Counted from the stretch's first letter, positions 12,983 through 24,459 are shown. The stretch: 64,000 nt of DNA from Alphaproteobacteria bacterium (GCA_964291285.2 OZ219785.1:1172253-1236252); one strand, 5' to 3'. A program made the numbers and translations. The notes: a model not told the origin generated them from the sequence alone.

Positions 12983-15574
12983 TTACCTTGTCAACCGCTT
13001 CAGTTCGTAGAGCCGTTCCAGCGCCTCCCTCGGGCTCAGCGCGTCGGGGTCGAGGGCGGCGAGGGCCTGTTCGGCTTCCGAAGGCTGCGGGTCAGGCTCC
13101 GGGTTGCGGGCGGCGGCGAAGAGCGGCAGGTCCTCGGCGAGCCGCGCGATGGCGCCGCCCTGCTCGCCGGTCTCCAGCAGGCGCAGCACCTCCTCCGCCC
13201 GCTCGACCACGGCGCGCGGCAGGCCTGCAAGCCGCGCCACATGGATGCCGTAGGAACGGTCCGCCGCGCCCGGTGCCACCTCGTGCAGGAACACCACGGA
13301 GCCCTGCCATTCCTTGACCCGCATGGTGCGGAGCGCGAGGCGTTCCAGCTTGCCGGCCAGCAGGGTGAGTTCGTGGTAATGCGTCGCGAACAGCGCCCGG
13401 CAGCGGCAGGCCTCGTGAAGCTGCTCGACGACCGCCCAGGCGATCGAGAGGCCGTCGAAGGTCGCCGTGCCGCGCCCGATCTCGTCGAGGATCACCAGCG
13501 AGCGTTCGCTTGCCCGGTTCAGGATCGCCGCCGTCTCGACCATCTCGACCATGAAGGTGGACCGCCCGCGCGCGAGGTCGTCCGACGCCCCGACGCGGCT
13601 GAACAGCCGGTCCACCGCCCCGATATGCGCGCGGTCCGCCGGCACGAAGCTGCCCGTCTGCGCCAGGATGGCGATGAGCGCGTTCTGGCGCAGGAAGGTG
13701 CTCTTGCCCGCCATGTTCGGACCCGTCACGAGCCAGAGCCGCCGGTCCGGCGAGAGGTCGCAGCCATTCGCGACGAAGGGCTCGTCCAGCGCCGCCTCGA
13801 CGACCGGGTGGCGGCCGTCCTCGATCTCGAAGGCGAGGCTGTCGTCCACCAGCGGGCGGCTCCAGTTGCATTCGACGGCGAGCGCCGCCAGTCCCGAGGC
13901 GGCGTCGAGCAGGGCGAGCGCCGCTGCCGCCGCCGCGATCCCGCCGCCCCGTTCCAGCACGTCGGCCGCAAGGCGTTCGAATATGGCGAGCTCGACCGCC
14001 AGCGCCTGATCGGCCGCGCCCGCGATCTGCGCTTCCAGCCTGCCGAGCTCGACCGTGGTGAAGCGCATGGAGTTGGCCATGGTCTGGCGGTGGATGAAGG
14101 CGTCGTCGGCCTGCAGGCGCTCCGAAGCGGCCTGCGTCACCTCGACGAAATATCCCAGGATGTTGTTGTGGCGGATCTTGAGCGAGGCCGCGCCCGTCTC
14201 GGCCGCATAGCGCGCCTGCAGCCCGGCCACCGTCTTGCGGCTGTCGTCGCGGAGCGCGCGCAGCCGGTCGAGTTCGCCGTTATGGCCGGCGGCCACGAAC
14301 CCGCCGTCGCGCGCGGCCAGCGGAAGGTCGGGACCGAGCGCCGCCGCCAGCGCTGCCGCCGTTTCCCCGTGGCCCCGGAGCGCGGCGCAGGCATCGGCCA
14401 GCAGCGGCGGCGGGGCATCGAACAGGCCCGCGATCTCGCCCGCCAGGACGAGCGCGTCGCGAATCGCCGCGAGGTCGCGCGGGCCGCCGCGCCCGAGGCC
14501 GAGCCGCGAGAGGGCGCGCTCGATATCCGGGGCGCGCGCGAGCCGGCCGGCAAGCTCCCGGCGGAGCCGGTCCTCGCGGCAGAGCCAGTCCACCGCGTCG
14601 TGGCGCGCGGCGATGGCGGCCGGGTCGGTGAGAGGTGCCGCAAGCCATGCCGCCAGCAGGCGGCCGCCGGCCGCGCTCCGCGTCCGGTCGATGGCGGCGA
14701 GCAGGCTGCCCCGGCGCTCGCCGGCGAGCGTTGCGGTCAGCTCCAGGTTCCGCCTGGTCGCGGGGTCGATCTCCAGCACCTGTCCGGGGCCGGCGGGCCG
14801 GGGCGGCTCCAGGCGCGGCAGGCGGCCCTTCTGCGTCAGCTCCAGATAATCGACCAGCACCCCGCAGGCGGCGGTCTCGGCGCGGCCGAAGCGCCCGAAA
14901 CCCTCAAGCGTCGCCACGCCGAACGTCTCCAGCAGGCGCCTCAGCGCATTCTCGCTGTCGAAGCGCGCGGCCGGCAGCGGCGTCGCCGCGCCGTCGAAGG
15001 CGGTCGTTTCCAGCAGCCTCTCGGGCAGGACCAGCTCCGAAGGCTCGATGCGCGCGAGCAGCGCCGGCAGGCTCTCCTGCGTCACGCTCTCGACGCGGAA
15101 CTCGCCGGTGGACATGTCGGCCCAGGCGAGCGCCGTCCCGCCGCCCGCTTCGGCCAGCACGGCCAGATAATTGTGCCGGCGCGCGTCCAGCAGCGAGTCT
15201 TCGGTAAGCGTGCCCGGCGTGACCAGCCGGATGACCTCGCGCGCCACCACCGCGCCGCTGCCGCGCTTGCGGGCCTCGGCCGGGTCCTCGGTCTGCTCGC
15301 AGATGGCGACCTTGAAACCCTTTCGGATCAGCCGCTCCAGATAGGCCTCATGCGCGCGCACCGGCACGCCCGCCATCGGGATGTCGTCGCCGTCATGGCG
15401 CCCGCGCCTGGTGAGCGCGATGTCGAGCGCGGCCGCGGCCTCGACGGCGTCCTCGAAGAACAGCTCGTAGAAATCGCCCATCCGGTAGAACAGCAGATAG
15501 CCCGGATGCGCCTCGCGAATGGCGAGATATTGCGCCATCATCGGCGTGCTGCTGGCGGGGCGGGCGGCTTTCAT
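12983..15574 (-). CDS. mutS: DNA mismatch repair protein MutS
   Basis: [60 protein letters not shown]; start approximate. Confidence 0.97.
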   Translation of the reverse strand: MKAARPASSTPMMAQYLAIREAHPGYLLFYRMGDFYELFFEDAVEAAAALDIALTRRGRHDGDDIPMAGVPVRAHEAYLERLIRKGFKVAICEQTEDPAEARKRGSGAVVAREVIRLVTPGTLTEDSLLDARRHNYLAVLAEAGGGTALAWADMSTGEFRVESVTQESLPALLARIEPSELVLPERLLETTAFDGAATPLPAARFDSENALRRLLETFGVATLEGFGRFGRAETAACGVLVDYLELTQKGRLPRLEPPRPAGPGQVLEIDPATRRNLELTATLAGERRGSLLAAIDRTRSAAGGRLLAAWLAAPLTDPAAIAARHDAVDWLCREDRLRRELAGRLARAPDIERALSRLGLGRGGPRDLAAIRDALVLAGEIAGLFDAPPPLLADACAALRGHGETAAALAAALGPDLPLAARDGGFVAAGHNGELDRLRALRDDSRKTVAGLQARYAAETGAASLKIRHNNILGYFVEVTQAASERLQADDAFIHRQTMANSMRFTTVELGRLEAQIAGAADQALAVELAIFERLAADVLERGGGIAAAAAALALLDAASGLAALAVECNWSRPLVDDSLAFEIEDGRHPVVEAALDEPFVANGCDLSPDRRLWLVTGPNMAGKSTFLRQNALIAILAQTGSFVPADRAHIGAVDRLFSRVGASDDLARGRSTFMVEMVETAAILNRASERSLVILDEIGRGTATFDGLSIAWAVVEQLHEACRCRALFATHYHELTLLAGKLERLALRTMRVKEWQGSVVFLHEVAPGAADRSYGIHVARLAGLPRAVVERAEEVLRLLETGEQGGAIARLAEDLPLFAAARNPEPDPQPSEAEQALAALDPDALSPREALERLYELKRLTR

Positions 15575-15722
15575 CGGGGGCGGCGGTCTTCCGGCGAACG
15601 GGCCGCCCAGCATTCCGCATCCCGCCCGTTTCGCCAATGCCGATGCGCGGGGAAATATCTGGCGGGAGGCGGCAGGGATTTGGTATATCTCGCAGAACCC
15701 GGAAGAAACGAGACCGGCTTTC

Positions 15723-16004
15723 ATGGCGCAGACGGCGGTATTCGACACCCTCGCAGCGGTTCAGCGGCTTGAGGACGCCGGCGTCGAGCGCAAACACGCC
15801 GAAGCCTATGCCGAAGCGATAGCAACGGCCGTGCATAGCGCCGATCTGGCGACCAAGAACGATATGGAGACCGCGCTGTCGGCGACTAAGAACGACATGG
15901 AGGCCGCGCTGGCAGCCTTGGAATCGAGGCTGACGATCCGGTTCTACGGGGCGCAATTGGCGACTGTCGCCCTGGTTGTCGCGTTGCTGAAGCTGCTTCC
16001 CTGA
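15723..16004 (+). CDS. DUF1640/CCDC90-like small coiled-coil membrane-anchored protein
   Basis: [25 protein letters not shown] motif, C-terminal hydrophobic helix. Confidence 0.75.
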   Translation: MAQTAVFDTLAAVQRLEDAGVERKHAEAYAEAIATAVHSADLATKNDMETALSATKNDMEAALAALESRLTIRFYGAQLATVALVVALLKLLP

Positions 16005-16029
16005 CAAGCAGCCTGCCGAGGGGGACAGG

Positions 16030-16983
16030 ATGGATTTCGGTTTCAGCATTCCGCACAGGGGCCCGCTCGCCAATCCGGTGGACCAGAAGCGCCTCGCGCA
16101 GACCGGCGAGCGGCTCGGTTATGCGGCGCTCACAGTCTCGGACCACATCGTCATCCCGTGCGACATCGGGTCGAAATACCCCTATTCGGAGACGGGCGAC
16201 TTCCCCGGCAGCCGGTCGGGCGAGGCGCTGGAGATGATCGCGCTGCTGGCCTTCCTGTGCGGCGTCACCGAGAAGGCGCGGCTCATCACCTCCGTCATGG
16301 TGCTGCCGCACCGCAATCCGGTGCTGGCGGCCAAGCAGCTTGCGACGGCGGACCTGCTGAGCGGCGGGCGCGTCACGGTCGGCTGCGGCGTGGGCTGGAT
16401 GCGCGAGGAATTCGAGGCGGTGGGCCTGCCGCCCTTCGACGAGCGCGGCCGGGTCGCGGACGAATATCTCCGCGTCTTCAAGGCGGTCTGGACCCAGGAC
16501 CCGGCAGGCTTCGCCGGCGACTATGCCAATTTCTCCAATGTCTCGACGCTGCCGCACCCGGTGCAGAAGCCGCATCCGCCGCTCTGGATCGGCGGCGAGA
16601 GCCGGCCGGCGCTCCGCCGCGTCGCCGCGCTCGGCGACGCCTGGTATCCCATCGGCAACAATCCGCGCGCCATGCTCGACAGCCTGGAGCGCTACCGCGC
16701 CCGGCGCGACCTGCTGATCCGGACCGCCGAAGAAGCGGGGCGCGACCCCGCCTCGATCGAGCTCGCCTACTCCGCCCCCTGGCATTTCGAGGAGGCCGCG
16801 GACGATGGCGAGGGCGGCCGCCGCTTCCTCACCGGCAGCACGGAAGAGCGCGCCGGCGACCTCCGCGCGCTCGGCGAACTCGGCGTCGGCTGCGTCTTCC
16901 TGAACTTCGCCGCGCGCTCCGTCGAGCGCACCGAAGAGCGCCTCGCCCGCTTCGCCGAGGAGGTCATGCCGCTGGTGCAGTAG
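16030..16983 (+). CDS. LLM class (luciferase-like, F420-type) oxidoreductase
   Basis: VSDHIVIP, VMVLPHRNPVLAAKQLATADLLSGGRV, GVGWMREEF, PHPPLWIGG. Confidence 0.9.
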   Translation: MDFGFSIPHRGPLANPVDQKRLAQTGERLGYAALTVSDHIVIPCDIGSKYPYSETGDFPGSRSGEALEMIALLAFLCGVTEKARLITSVMVLPHRNPVLAAKQLATADLLSGGRVTVGCGVGWMREEFEAVGLPPFDERGRVADEYLRVFKAVWTQDPAGFAGDYANFSNVSTLPHPVQKPHPPLWIGGESRPALRRVAALGDAWYPIGNNPRAMLDSLERYRARRDLLIRTAEEAGRDPASIELAYSAPWHFEEAADDGEGGRRFLTGSTEERAGDLRALGELGVGCVFLNFAARSVERTEERLARFAEEVMPLVQ

Positions 16984-16992
16984 AGCCGGGCC

Positions 16993-17862
16993 TCAGCCCC
17001 GGCGGCGCAGCGCCGTCTGCATCCACACGATGCCGCCGAGCACCATGAGGGCGCCGCACCATTGCCAGGGGCCGAGCCGCTCGTCGTAGAGCGCCCAGGC
17101 GGCGAAGATGCTGGTGAGCGGCTGGAGATTGTTCAGCATCGCCGTGTTCTCGGCCCCGGCGAGGCGGACGGCGGCGTAGTAGAGCGGGATCGAGGAAACC
17201 TGGCAGACGATCACGGCGAGGCAGCCGGCCCATCCCGCCGCGGTCACGGGCAGCCGCGCCTCCCCGGAGAAGAGGGCGGCCGGCACGAGGATCGCGGCCG
17301 CCACCGCCGAGAACCAGAACATCACCGGCAGCGGGTCGGCATGGGCCATGCCGCGCGCGAGCCAGAGCACGCTGACCGAGCAGGCCATGCCGGCCGACAC
17401 GCCGAGGAACACACCGAACGGGTCGAGGCCGTCGAAGCCGACGCCGAGCGCAAGCCCGACGCCCGCAAAGGCGAGCGCCAGCGCACCCATGACCGCCGCG
17501 CTTGGCCAGCGCCGGTCGAGCGCGGCGGAGAAGGCCCCCACCAGCGGCGGATAGACGAAGAAGCAGAGCGCAGCGAGCCCGACCGGGATCGTCTCCACCG
17601 CGGCGATATTGCCGTAGAACATGTGCGCCGCCAGCACGCCGAGGCCGAGGCAGGAGAGCATGTCGCGCCCCGGCAGCCGCAGGCTGCGCCGGGTGGCCGC
17701 ACAGACGAGCCAGAGCATCAGCGCCAGCAGCACCGCGCGCACGGGCGAGATCGCGATGGGCGTCGCACCCCCCTCGTAGGCCGCGCGCGACGCCGCGATC
17801 GCCAGCCCGAGGCCGAGCGAGGACGCGACCGCGAACAGGTATCCCCGGCGGACGGCCGTCAC
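16993..17862 (-). CDS. DMT/EamA family transporter
   Basis: about 10 hydrophobic segments, FFVYP, NLQP...ERL motifs; GTG start inferred. Confidence 0.85.
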   Translation of the reverse strand: MTAVRRGYLFAVASSLGLGLAIAASRAAYEGGATPIAISPVRAVLLALMLWLVCAATRRSLRLPGRDMLSCLGLGVLAAHMFYGNIAAVETIPVGLAALCFFVYPPLVGAFSAALDRRWPSAAVMGALALAFAGVGLALGVGFDGLDPFGVFLGVSAGMACSVSVLWLARGMAHADPLPVMFWFSAVAAAILVPAALFSGEARLPVTAAGWAGCLAVIVCQVSSIPLYYAAVRLAGAENTAMLNNLQPLTSIFAAWALYDERLGPWQWCGALMVLGGIVWMQTALRRRG

Positions 17863-17960
17863 CCGCCTGCCGCCGCTCCGGGGAAGGGCCGGACGCCATG
17901 CCTGTCCAGAACCATGCCGAGCCCCTATATGATGAACCGCCCGTGGGACAAGGTTTAGCA

Positions 17961-19739
17961 ATGCCCGATACCGAGCGCGAGAGCGCCACGCTGCCGGTCT
18001 GGGACCTGACGGACCTCTACAGCGCGCCGGACGGCCCCGACACCGCCCGCGACCTTGAGACCGCCCATGCCGAGGCCCGCACGATAGAGGAGCGCTGGAA
18101 AGGCCGGCTCGCGGAACTCGACGGCGAGGAGCTGGCGGATGCGGTCGAGGCCTATGAGCGGCTCCACGAGCGGCTGGCGAGGCTGCTCAGCTATGCAGGC
18201 CTCCTGCGCGCGGGCGACATGGCGTCCCCGGAGACCGGGCGCTTCCACCAGTCCATCCAGGAGCGCTTCGCGGAGATTGCCGCGCACACGGTCTTCTTCC
18301 AGCTCGAGCTCAACGAGATCGACGACGATGTCCTCGCGCGCCGGCTGGAGGAGAGCGGGCGCCTCAGCCGCTACCGCCCCTGGCTGGAGCAGAGCCGGTC
18401 ATTCCGCCCCCACCAGCTTGCCGAGGACATGGAGCGCCTGCTGCTCGACCGCGACGTGGCGGGCTCCTCGGCCTGGACGCGGCTTTTCGACGAGACGCTG
18501 GCCGCGCTGCGCTTCCCGTTCCGCGACCGCCGGCTCACCATGGAGGAGGCGCTCGACCGGCTCTCCGACGCCGATGCCGGCGTGCGCAGGGCGGCGGCCT
18601 CGACGCTGTCCACGGTGCTCGGCGAGAACGCCCGGCTCTTCGCGCATATCCTCAACACGCTGCTGAAGGACAAGGAGATCGACGACCGCTGGCGCGGTTT
18701 CTCCCGCCCGGTCGCGGCGCGCAACCTGCAGAACCGGGTCGAGGACGAGGTGGTCGATGCGCTGGTCGGCTCGGTCAAGCGGGCCTATCCGGGCCTCTCC
18801 CACCGCTACTACCGGCTGAAGGCGGAGTGGCTAGGCCAGGACAAGCTCGCCTGGTGGGACCGCAATGCGCCGCTGCCGGAGGCGGACGGGCGCGAATACT
18901 CCTGGGCCGAGGCGAAGCGCATCGTGCTGGAGTCCTACGGCGCCTTCTCGCCGCGCATGGCGGCGCTCGCCGGGCGGTTCTTCGACAATGCCTGGATCGA
19001 CGCCCCGCCGCGGCCCGGCAAGGCACCGGGGGCGTTCTCCCACTCGACCGTGCCGGGCGCGCATCCCTATGTGCTGCTCAACTACCAGGGCAAGGCCAGG
19101 GACGTGGCGACGCTCGCGCACGAACTCGGCCACGGCGTGCATCAGTCGCTGGCGGCGGCACAGGGCTATTTCCTGGCCGCGACGCCGCTCACCCTTGCCG
19201 AGACGGCCTCCGTCTTCGGCGAGATGCTGACCTTCCAGGCGATGCTGAACGCGGCTCCGCCGGACGGCCGCCGCGCGCTGCTCGCCGGCAAGGTCGAGGA
19301 CATGCTCAACACGGTGGTGCGCCAGGTCGCCTTCTACGAATTCGAGCGCCGGCTCCACGAGGCGCGCGCAGGAGCCGAGCTGACGGTGGACGATATCGGC
19401 GGCATCTGGATGGAGACGCAGCGCGAGAGCCTGGGCGACGCCTTCGCCTTCGACGACTCCTACCGTGCCATGTGGACCTATATCGGCCACTTCATACATG
19501 CGCCCTTCTACGTCTATGCCTATGCCTTCGGCGACTGCCTGGTGAACGCGCTCTACGCGGCCTATGAGGACGGGAGCGAGGGGTTCGAGGCGAGCTATCT
19601 CGACATGCTCGCTGCCGGCGGCTCCAGGCACCACGGCGAACTGCTGGCCCCGTTCGGCCTCGACGCCCGGGACCCGGCATTCTGGGACCGGGGCCTTGCG
19701 CGCATCGCCGGCTTCGTGGACGAGCTGGAGGCCGCATGA
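17961..19739 (+). CDS. pepF: M3B family oligoendopeptidase F
   Basis: WDLTDLY, WDRNAP, GKAPGAF, TLAHELGH (HExxH), AETASVFGE, FYVYAYAFG. Confidence 0.92.
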   Translation: MPDTERESATLPVWDLTDLYSAPDGPDTARDLETAHAEARTIEERWKGRLAELDGEELADAVEAYERLHERLARLLSYAGLLRAGDMASPETGRFHQSIQERFAEIAAHTVFFQLELNEIDDDVLARRLEESGRLSRYRPWLEQSRSFRPHQLAEDMERLLLDRDVAGSSAWTRLFDETLAALRFPFRDRRLTMEEALDRLSDADAGVRRAAASTLSTVLGENARLFAHILNTLLKDKEIDDRWRGFSRPVAARNLQNRVEDEVVDALVGSVKRAYPGLSHRYYRLKAEWLGQDKLAWWDRNAPLPEADGREYSWAEAKRIVLESYGAFSPRMAALAGRFFDNAWIDAPPRPGKAPGAFSHSTVPGAHPYVLLNYQGKARDVATLAHELGHGVHQSLAAAQGYFLAATPLTLAETASVFGEMLTFQAMLNAAPPDGRRALLAGKVEDMLNTVVRQVAFYEFERRLHEARAGAELTVDDIGGIWMETQRESLGDAFAFDDSYRAMWTYIGHFIHAPFYVYAYAFGDCLVNALYAAYEDGSEGFEASYLDMLAAGGSRHHGELLAPFGLDARDPAFWDRGLARIAGFVDELEAA

Positions 19740-21070
19740 GCGACGACACGGGCGGCCTCGGCGGCCAGCTGCGGCGCTATGCAAGGGTCGGCGGGGCGGT
19801 AGGCGGCCTCGCGGCCAACTATGCCGGGCGGCGGCTTCTCGGGCGCAGGATCGAGCATGACGCCCATGCGCGCGAGCTCGCGGCTGCGGTGGGCGGCCTC
19901 AAGGGGCCGCTGATGAAGGTGGCGCAGATCCTCGCCACCATTCCCGACGCGCTGCCGTCGGCCTATGCGGAGGAGTTGCGGCAATTGCAGGCCGATGCCC
20001 CTTCGATGGGCTGGCCGTTCGTGCGCCGTCGGATGGCGGGCGAACTCGGCCCGGACTGGCCGAAGCGTTTCGGGGCTTTCGAGCGGAGTGCGGCCCATGC
20101 GGCCTCGCTCGGCCAGGTCCACCGCGCGACCGCCCCCGACGGTGCGCGGCTTGCCTGCAAGCTGCAATATCCCGACATGGCCGCGGCCGTGGAGGCGGAC
20201 CTCCGGCAGTTGCGGCTGGTGTTCTCGGTCTATGAGCGCCGCGACCGGGCAGTGCGCACGGACAGCGTCTTCCAGGAGCTTTCGGAGCGGCTGAGGGAGG
20301 AACTCGATTACCACCGCGAGGCGAAGCACATGCGCCTCTACGGGGCGATGCTGGCCGACGAGGCGGGCGTGACGGTGCCGGAGCCGGTGGAGGTGCTTTC
20401 GACCGGCCGCCTGCTCACCATGACCTGGATCGACGGGCGCCCGCTCATGGAGGCGGTGGACTTGGCCGTAGAGGCGCGCAACCGGCTGGCGGAAAGCATG
20501 TTCCGCGCCTGGTACGTGCCCTTCTACGATTGCGGCGTCATCCATGGCGACCCGCATCTCGGCAACTACTCGATGCGGGAGGATTTCGGCATCAACCTGC
20601 TGGATTTCGGCTGCATCCGGGTCTTCCCGCCGTCCTTCGTCAAGGGCGTGATCGATCTCTACCGGGCGCTTCGGGACGGCGACGAGGCGCTGGCGGTCTC
20701 GGCCTACGAAACCTGGGGCTTCGAGAACCCCTCGCGCGACCTGATCGAGGTGCTGAACATCTGGGCGGAGTTCCTTTACGCGCCCTTGCTCCAGGACCGC
20801 GTCCAGCGCATCCAGGAAAGCGAGAGCGGCCTCTACGGCGCAACGGTCGCAGCCAGGGTCCACCGGGAGCTCAGGCGCGTCGGCGGGGTGCGCCCGCCGC
20901 GCGAATTCGTGCTCATGGACCGGGCCGCCATCGGCCTCGGCTCGGTCTTCATGCGGCTCAGGGCGGAGGTGAACTGGCACCGCCTCTTCCACGGCCTGAT
21001 CGACGGCTTCGATGTGGACGCCCTCGCAGCCCGCCAGTCCGCAGCCCTGGAGGCGGCGGGGCTGGAATAA
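19736..21070 (+). CDS. AarF/ABC1/UbiB family kinase-like protein
   Basis: KGPLMKVAQ, AASLGQVH, KLQYP, EELDY, HGDPHLGN, LLDFGC. Confidence 0.92.
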   Translation: MSDDTGGLGGQLRRYARVGGAVGGLAANYAGRRLLGRRIEHDAHARELAAAVGGLKGPLMKVAQILATIPDALPSAYAEELRQLQADAPSMGWPFVRRRMAGELGPDWPKRFGAFERSAAHAASLGQVHRATAPDGARLACKLQYPDMAAAVEADLRQLRLVFSVYERRDRAVRTDSVFQELSERLREELDYHREAKHMRLYGAMLADEAGVTVPEPVEVLSTGRLLTMTWIDGRPLMEAVDLAVEARNRLAESMFRAWYVPFYDCGVIHGDPHLGNYSMREDFGINLLDFGCIRVFPPSFVKGVIDLYRALRDGDEALAVSAYETWGFENPSRDLIEVLNIWAEFLYAPLLQDRVQRIQESESGLYGATVAARVHRELRRVGGVRPPREFVLMDRAAIGLGSVFMRLRAEVNWHRLFHGLIDGFDVDALAARQSAALEAAGLE

Positions 21071-21287
21071 GGTCGCGCCGGACCCGGGCAGTCCCCGCGG
21101 CGCCTTCAGGTGCGACATTTTTGCTTGCGGCCCGGCCGCTATCCAGTGCAGGCTTGGCATCGAGTCGTCGATTTGCCGGCGTCGCCGCGCTCCCAAAGCA
21201 TGGGGACGGAGGGCGTTTATCGTGCCTGCCGGCGAACGGGCAGTATTTCAGGGAGGATCCCTCGCGAAGGCGGAAGGAGACGGCGTC

Positions 21288-22922
21288 ATGGCGGAGAACA
21301 GGCGGGACGGGCTCGTGGCCGACGCAGGGCTGATGAAGGGCCTGCACAGCGGCATGGGATTCGCGGCGAAAGGCATGGTCGTCGCCTTCGTTGTGTTCAC
21401 GATCCTGAATGTCGAGTTCGCCAGCAGCATCTACCAGGCGATCCGCGGCTGGGTCGAGGCGTCGCTGGCCTGGTACTACATCCTGATCGTGGTCGTGCTG
21501 GTGTTCGTCTGCCTCTACCTGATGTGCTCGCGGCATGGGTCGATACGGCTCGGGGACGACGATTCGCGGCCGGAGTTCAGCAATTTCTCCTGGTTCGCGA
21601 TGCTGTTCTCCGCCGGTGTCGGCATCGGCATCCTGTTCTTCGGTGTTGCCGAGCCGGTCTTCTATTTCGACAACTCCGGCGCCTTCGGCTATCCGAACAA
21701 TCCTCACGCGGATGTCGCCGGCGTGACCGACATGGACGTGAACCGCGCCGTTCACGCCATGCGCGTCACCTACTTCCACTGGGGATTCCACGGCTGGGCG
21801 GTCTATGTGATCATCGGCCTCTGCCTCGCCTATTTCGGTTTCCGCAAGAAGCTGCCGCTCACGCTCCGCTCGGCGCTCTACCCGATCATCGGCGAGCGCA
21901 TCTACGGGCCCATCGGGCATGGCGTGGACCTGCTCGCGGTGTTCGGGACGGTCTTCGGCGTCGCCACCTCGCTCGGCCTCGGCGTGACCCAGATGGCGAC
22001 CGGCCTGAACGTGCTGTTCGGCGTCGATCCTGGCATCGCGACGCAGATAATCCTGATCATCGTGATCTCGATCGTCGCGACGCTCTCGGCCGTTTCGGGC
22101 GTCGGCAACGGCATCCGCATCATCTCGGAGTGGAATATCTGGCTCTCCGTGGTGCTGCTGGCCTTCTTCCTGTTCTTCGGGCCGTTCAAGTGGCTGATGG
22201 GCTTCTTCGTAACCTCCATCGGCGACTACATATGGAACGTGATCCCGATGGGCTTCTGGACAGCCGGCACCGAAAAGGAGATCGCGTGGCAGGGCGGCTG
22301 GACCATCTTCTACTGGGGCTGGTGGATTTCCTGGGCGCCGTTCGTGGGCATGTTCATCGCCCGCATCAGCCGCGGCCGCACGATCCGCCAGTTCATGGTA
22401 GGCGTGCTGTTCGTGCCGACCTCCATCGCCTTCTTCTGGCTGTGCATGTTCGGCGGCAACGCCATCTACATGGAGCTCATGGCCGAAGGCGGCGTGGGCA
22501 CGGCCGGCATCGTCGAGCTGGTGCGCGCATGGAACCTGCCGTCGGCGCTTTACGGCACCATCGACCGGCTGACCGAACTCGCCTTCCTGCAATGGATCAT
22601 GGCGGCGCTGGCGACCCTGCTGCTGGCGACATGGTTCATCACCTCGTCCGACTCAGGCACGCTCGTCATCACCACCATGCTGTCCATGGGCGACGACAAC
22701 CCGCCGCAGCGCTTCCGGATCGTCTGGGGCCTGGGCGAGGGCTTCGTCGCGGGCGTGTTGCTGCTGGCCGGCGGCCTTAAGGCGCTGCAGACGGCTTCCA
22801 TCGCCGCCGCCTTGCCGATCTCGGTCATCATGCTGTTCATGACCTACGGCCTCATCAAGTCGCTGTCGGAGGACAGCTCGGCCGTATCGGCGGAAGCCGA
22901 AGCGGAGCCGGCGCGGGCCTGA
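21288..22922 (+). CDS. BCCT family (betaine/carnitine/choline) transporter
   Basis: SWFAMLFSAGVGIG, YFHWGFHGW, WTIFYWGWWISWAPFVGMFIARISRGRTIRQF; GAAGGAG RBS. Confidence 0.95.
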   Translation: MAENRRDGLVADAGLMKGLHSGMGFAAKGMVVAFVVFTILNVEFASSIYQAIRGWVEASLAWYYILIVVVLVFVCLYLMCSRHGSIRLGDDDSRPEFSNFSWFAMLFSAGVGIGILFFGVAEPVFYFDNSGAFGYPNNPHADVAGVTDMDVNRAVHAMRVTYFHWGFHGWAVYVIIGLCLAYFGFRKKLPLTLRSALYPIIGERIYGPIGHGVDLLAVFGTVFGVATSLGLGVTQMATGLNVLFGVDPGIATQIILIIVISIVATLSAVSGVGNGIRIISEWNIWLSVVLLAFFLFFGPFKWLMGFFVTSIGDYIWNVIPMGFWTAGTEKEIAWQGGWTIFYWGWWISWAPFVGMFIARISRGRTIRQFMVGVLFVPTSIAFFWLCMFGGNAIYMELMAEGGVGTAGIVELVRAWNLPSALYGTIDRLTELAFLQWIMAALATLLLATWFITSSDSGTLVITTMLSMGDDNPPQRFRIVWGLGEGFVAGVLLLAGGLKALQTASIAAALPISVIMLFMTYGLIKSLSEDSSAVSAEAEAEPARA

Positions 22923-22935
22923 CCGCTCGAAACGG

Positions 22936-22973
22936 GGCGGGGCGTTGCCGTTCCCGGACGGCAGCGCCCCGCC
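22936..22973 (+). terminator. GC-rich hairpin after BCCT gene
   Basis: ggcggggcgttgccgt-tcccgg-acggcagcgccccgcc; no U-tract, so intrinsic termination is uncertain. Confidence 0.35.
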
Positions 22974-23055
22974 GCCGCCCTCCGGGGCACGGGCCGTGAC
23001 ATCGGGGAGAAATCCGGGCTAGAAGAGCGGCCGATTTTCCCGGCCCGAGGCCCCG

Positions 23056-23622
23056 ATGCGAATCCAGGCGAATACCATCCGTCCCGGCAATGTGATCGAG
23101 CATGACGGCAAGCAGTGCGTCGTCATCAAGATCGACCTGATCCTGCCCGGCAAGGGCAACGCCTTCATCGCCGTCGAAATGCGCGACCTGAAGACCGGCG
23201 TGAAGACCCAGGAGCGCTGGCGCACCGCGGACAGCGTGGAGCGGCTGACCACGGAGGAGCGGCCGTGCCAGTTCCTCTATGCCGAGGCTGACGGCTACAC
23301 CTTCATGGATCAGGAGACCTACGACCAGTTCTCGCTCGACGCCGGCACGGTCGGCGACGGCGCGCCGTTCCTCCAGGACGGGCTGGAGGTCAAGGTGATG
23401 ACGGTGGACGGCAGCCCGGTCGGCCTCGAACTGCCGACGCGGATTTCGCTCGAGGTCGTGGAGGCGGAGCCCGTGGTGAAGGGGCAGACGGCGTCCTCCT
23501 CCTACAAGCCGGCGCTGCTGGAAAACGGCGTGAAGGTGATGGTGCCGCCGCACATCAAGGTCGGCGCGCGCGTCGTCGTAAACCCCAACGACCTCAGCTA
23601 TGTCGAGCGGGCCAAGGACTGA
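23056..23622 (+). CDS. efp: elongation factor P
   Basis: PGKGNAF, EPVVKGQTASSSYKPALLENG, VPPHI, YVERA. Confidence 0.96.
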   Translation: MRIQANTIRPGNVIEHDGKQCVVIKIDLILPGKGNAFIAVEMRDLKTGVKTQERWRTADSVERLTTEERPCQFLYAEADGYTFMDQETYDQFSLDAGTVGDGAPFLQDGLEVKVMTVDGSPVGLELPTRISLEVVEAEPVVKGQTASSSYKPALLENGVKVMVPPHIKVGARVVVNPNDLSYVERAKD

Positions 23623-23628
23623 CCCGCC

Positions 23629-24459
23629 ATGCGCCGCCCGGCCGAAATTAACGTCATGCTGCGTGCGGCGCATGCCGCCGGGCGCGGGCTCGCGCGCGAT
23701 TTCGGCGAGGTCGAGAACCTCCAGGTGTCGGAGAAGGGGCCGGGCGATTTCGTCTCGGTCGCGGACCGGCAGGCCGAACGCCGGATCGTCGAGGAGCTGG
23801 AGCGCGCACGGCCGCGCTACGGCTTCCTGCTGGAGGAAAGCGGCGCCGTCGAGGGCGCCGACACGAGCAACCGGTGGGTCGTCGACCCGCTCGACGGGAC
23901 GGGCAATTTCCTGCACGGCATCCCGCATTTCTGCATATCCATCGCGCTCGAACGCGATGGCGAGCCGGTTGCCGCGCTCGTCTATAACCCCCTCACCGAC
24001 GACACCTACTGGGCCGCGCGGGGCATCGGGGCCTATGCCAACAACCGGCGGCTCCGCGTCTCGGCGCGGGCGCGCCTCGCGCACTGCATCCTGGCGACGG
24101 GCGAGGAAGTCGGCGCCGGCGTCGAGGCAAGGGCCGGCTATCTTCGCCAGCATGCGGCAGTCAAGGAGGCCGGGGTAAGCCTCCGCCGGCTGGGCGCGGC
24201 GGCGCTCGATCTCGCCTGGGTCGCGGACGGACGCCTCGACGGGTTCTGGCATTCGGGCCTCAACCGCTGGGACATCGCGGCCGGCGTGCTGCTGGTGCGC
24301 GAAGCCGGCGGCGCGGTGTCCGATACCGACGGGTCCGGGGCCATGCTGGAGACGGGCAATATCCTTGCCGCCAACGACCGCCTGCACGGCCATTTGTGCC
24401 GGATCATGGAGAAGGCGGCAGGGCCCGCTCCGGTTGCGCCGTCAGGGCGGGCGGCATAG
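23629..24459 (+). CDS. suhB: inositol monophosphatase family protein
   Basis: DFVS.AD, WVVDPLDGTGNFLHG, GAAALDLAWVADG, WDIAAG. Confidence 0.88.
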   Translation: MRRPAEINVMLRAAHAAGRGLARDFGEVENLQVSEKGPGDFVSVADRQAERRIVEELERARPRYGFLLEESGAVEGADTSNRWVVDPLDGTGNFLHGIPHFCISIALERDGEPVAALVYNPLTDDTYWAARGIGAYANNRRLRVSARARLAHCILATGEEVGAGVEARAGYLRQHAAVKEAGVSLRRLGAAALDLAWVADGRLDGFWHSGLNRWDIAAGVLLVREAGGAVSDTDGSGAMLETGNILAANDRLHGHLCRIMEKAAGPAPVAPSGRAA

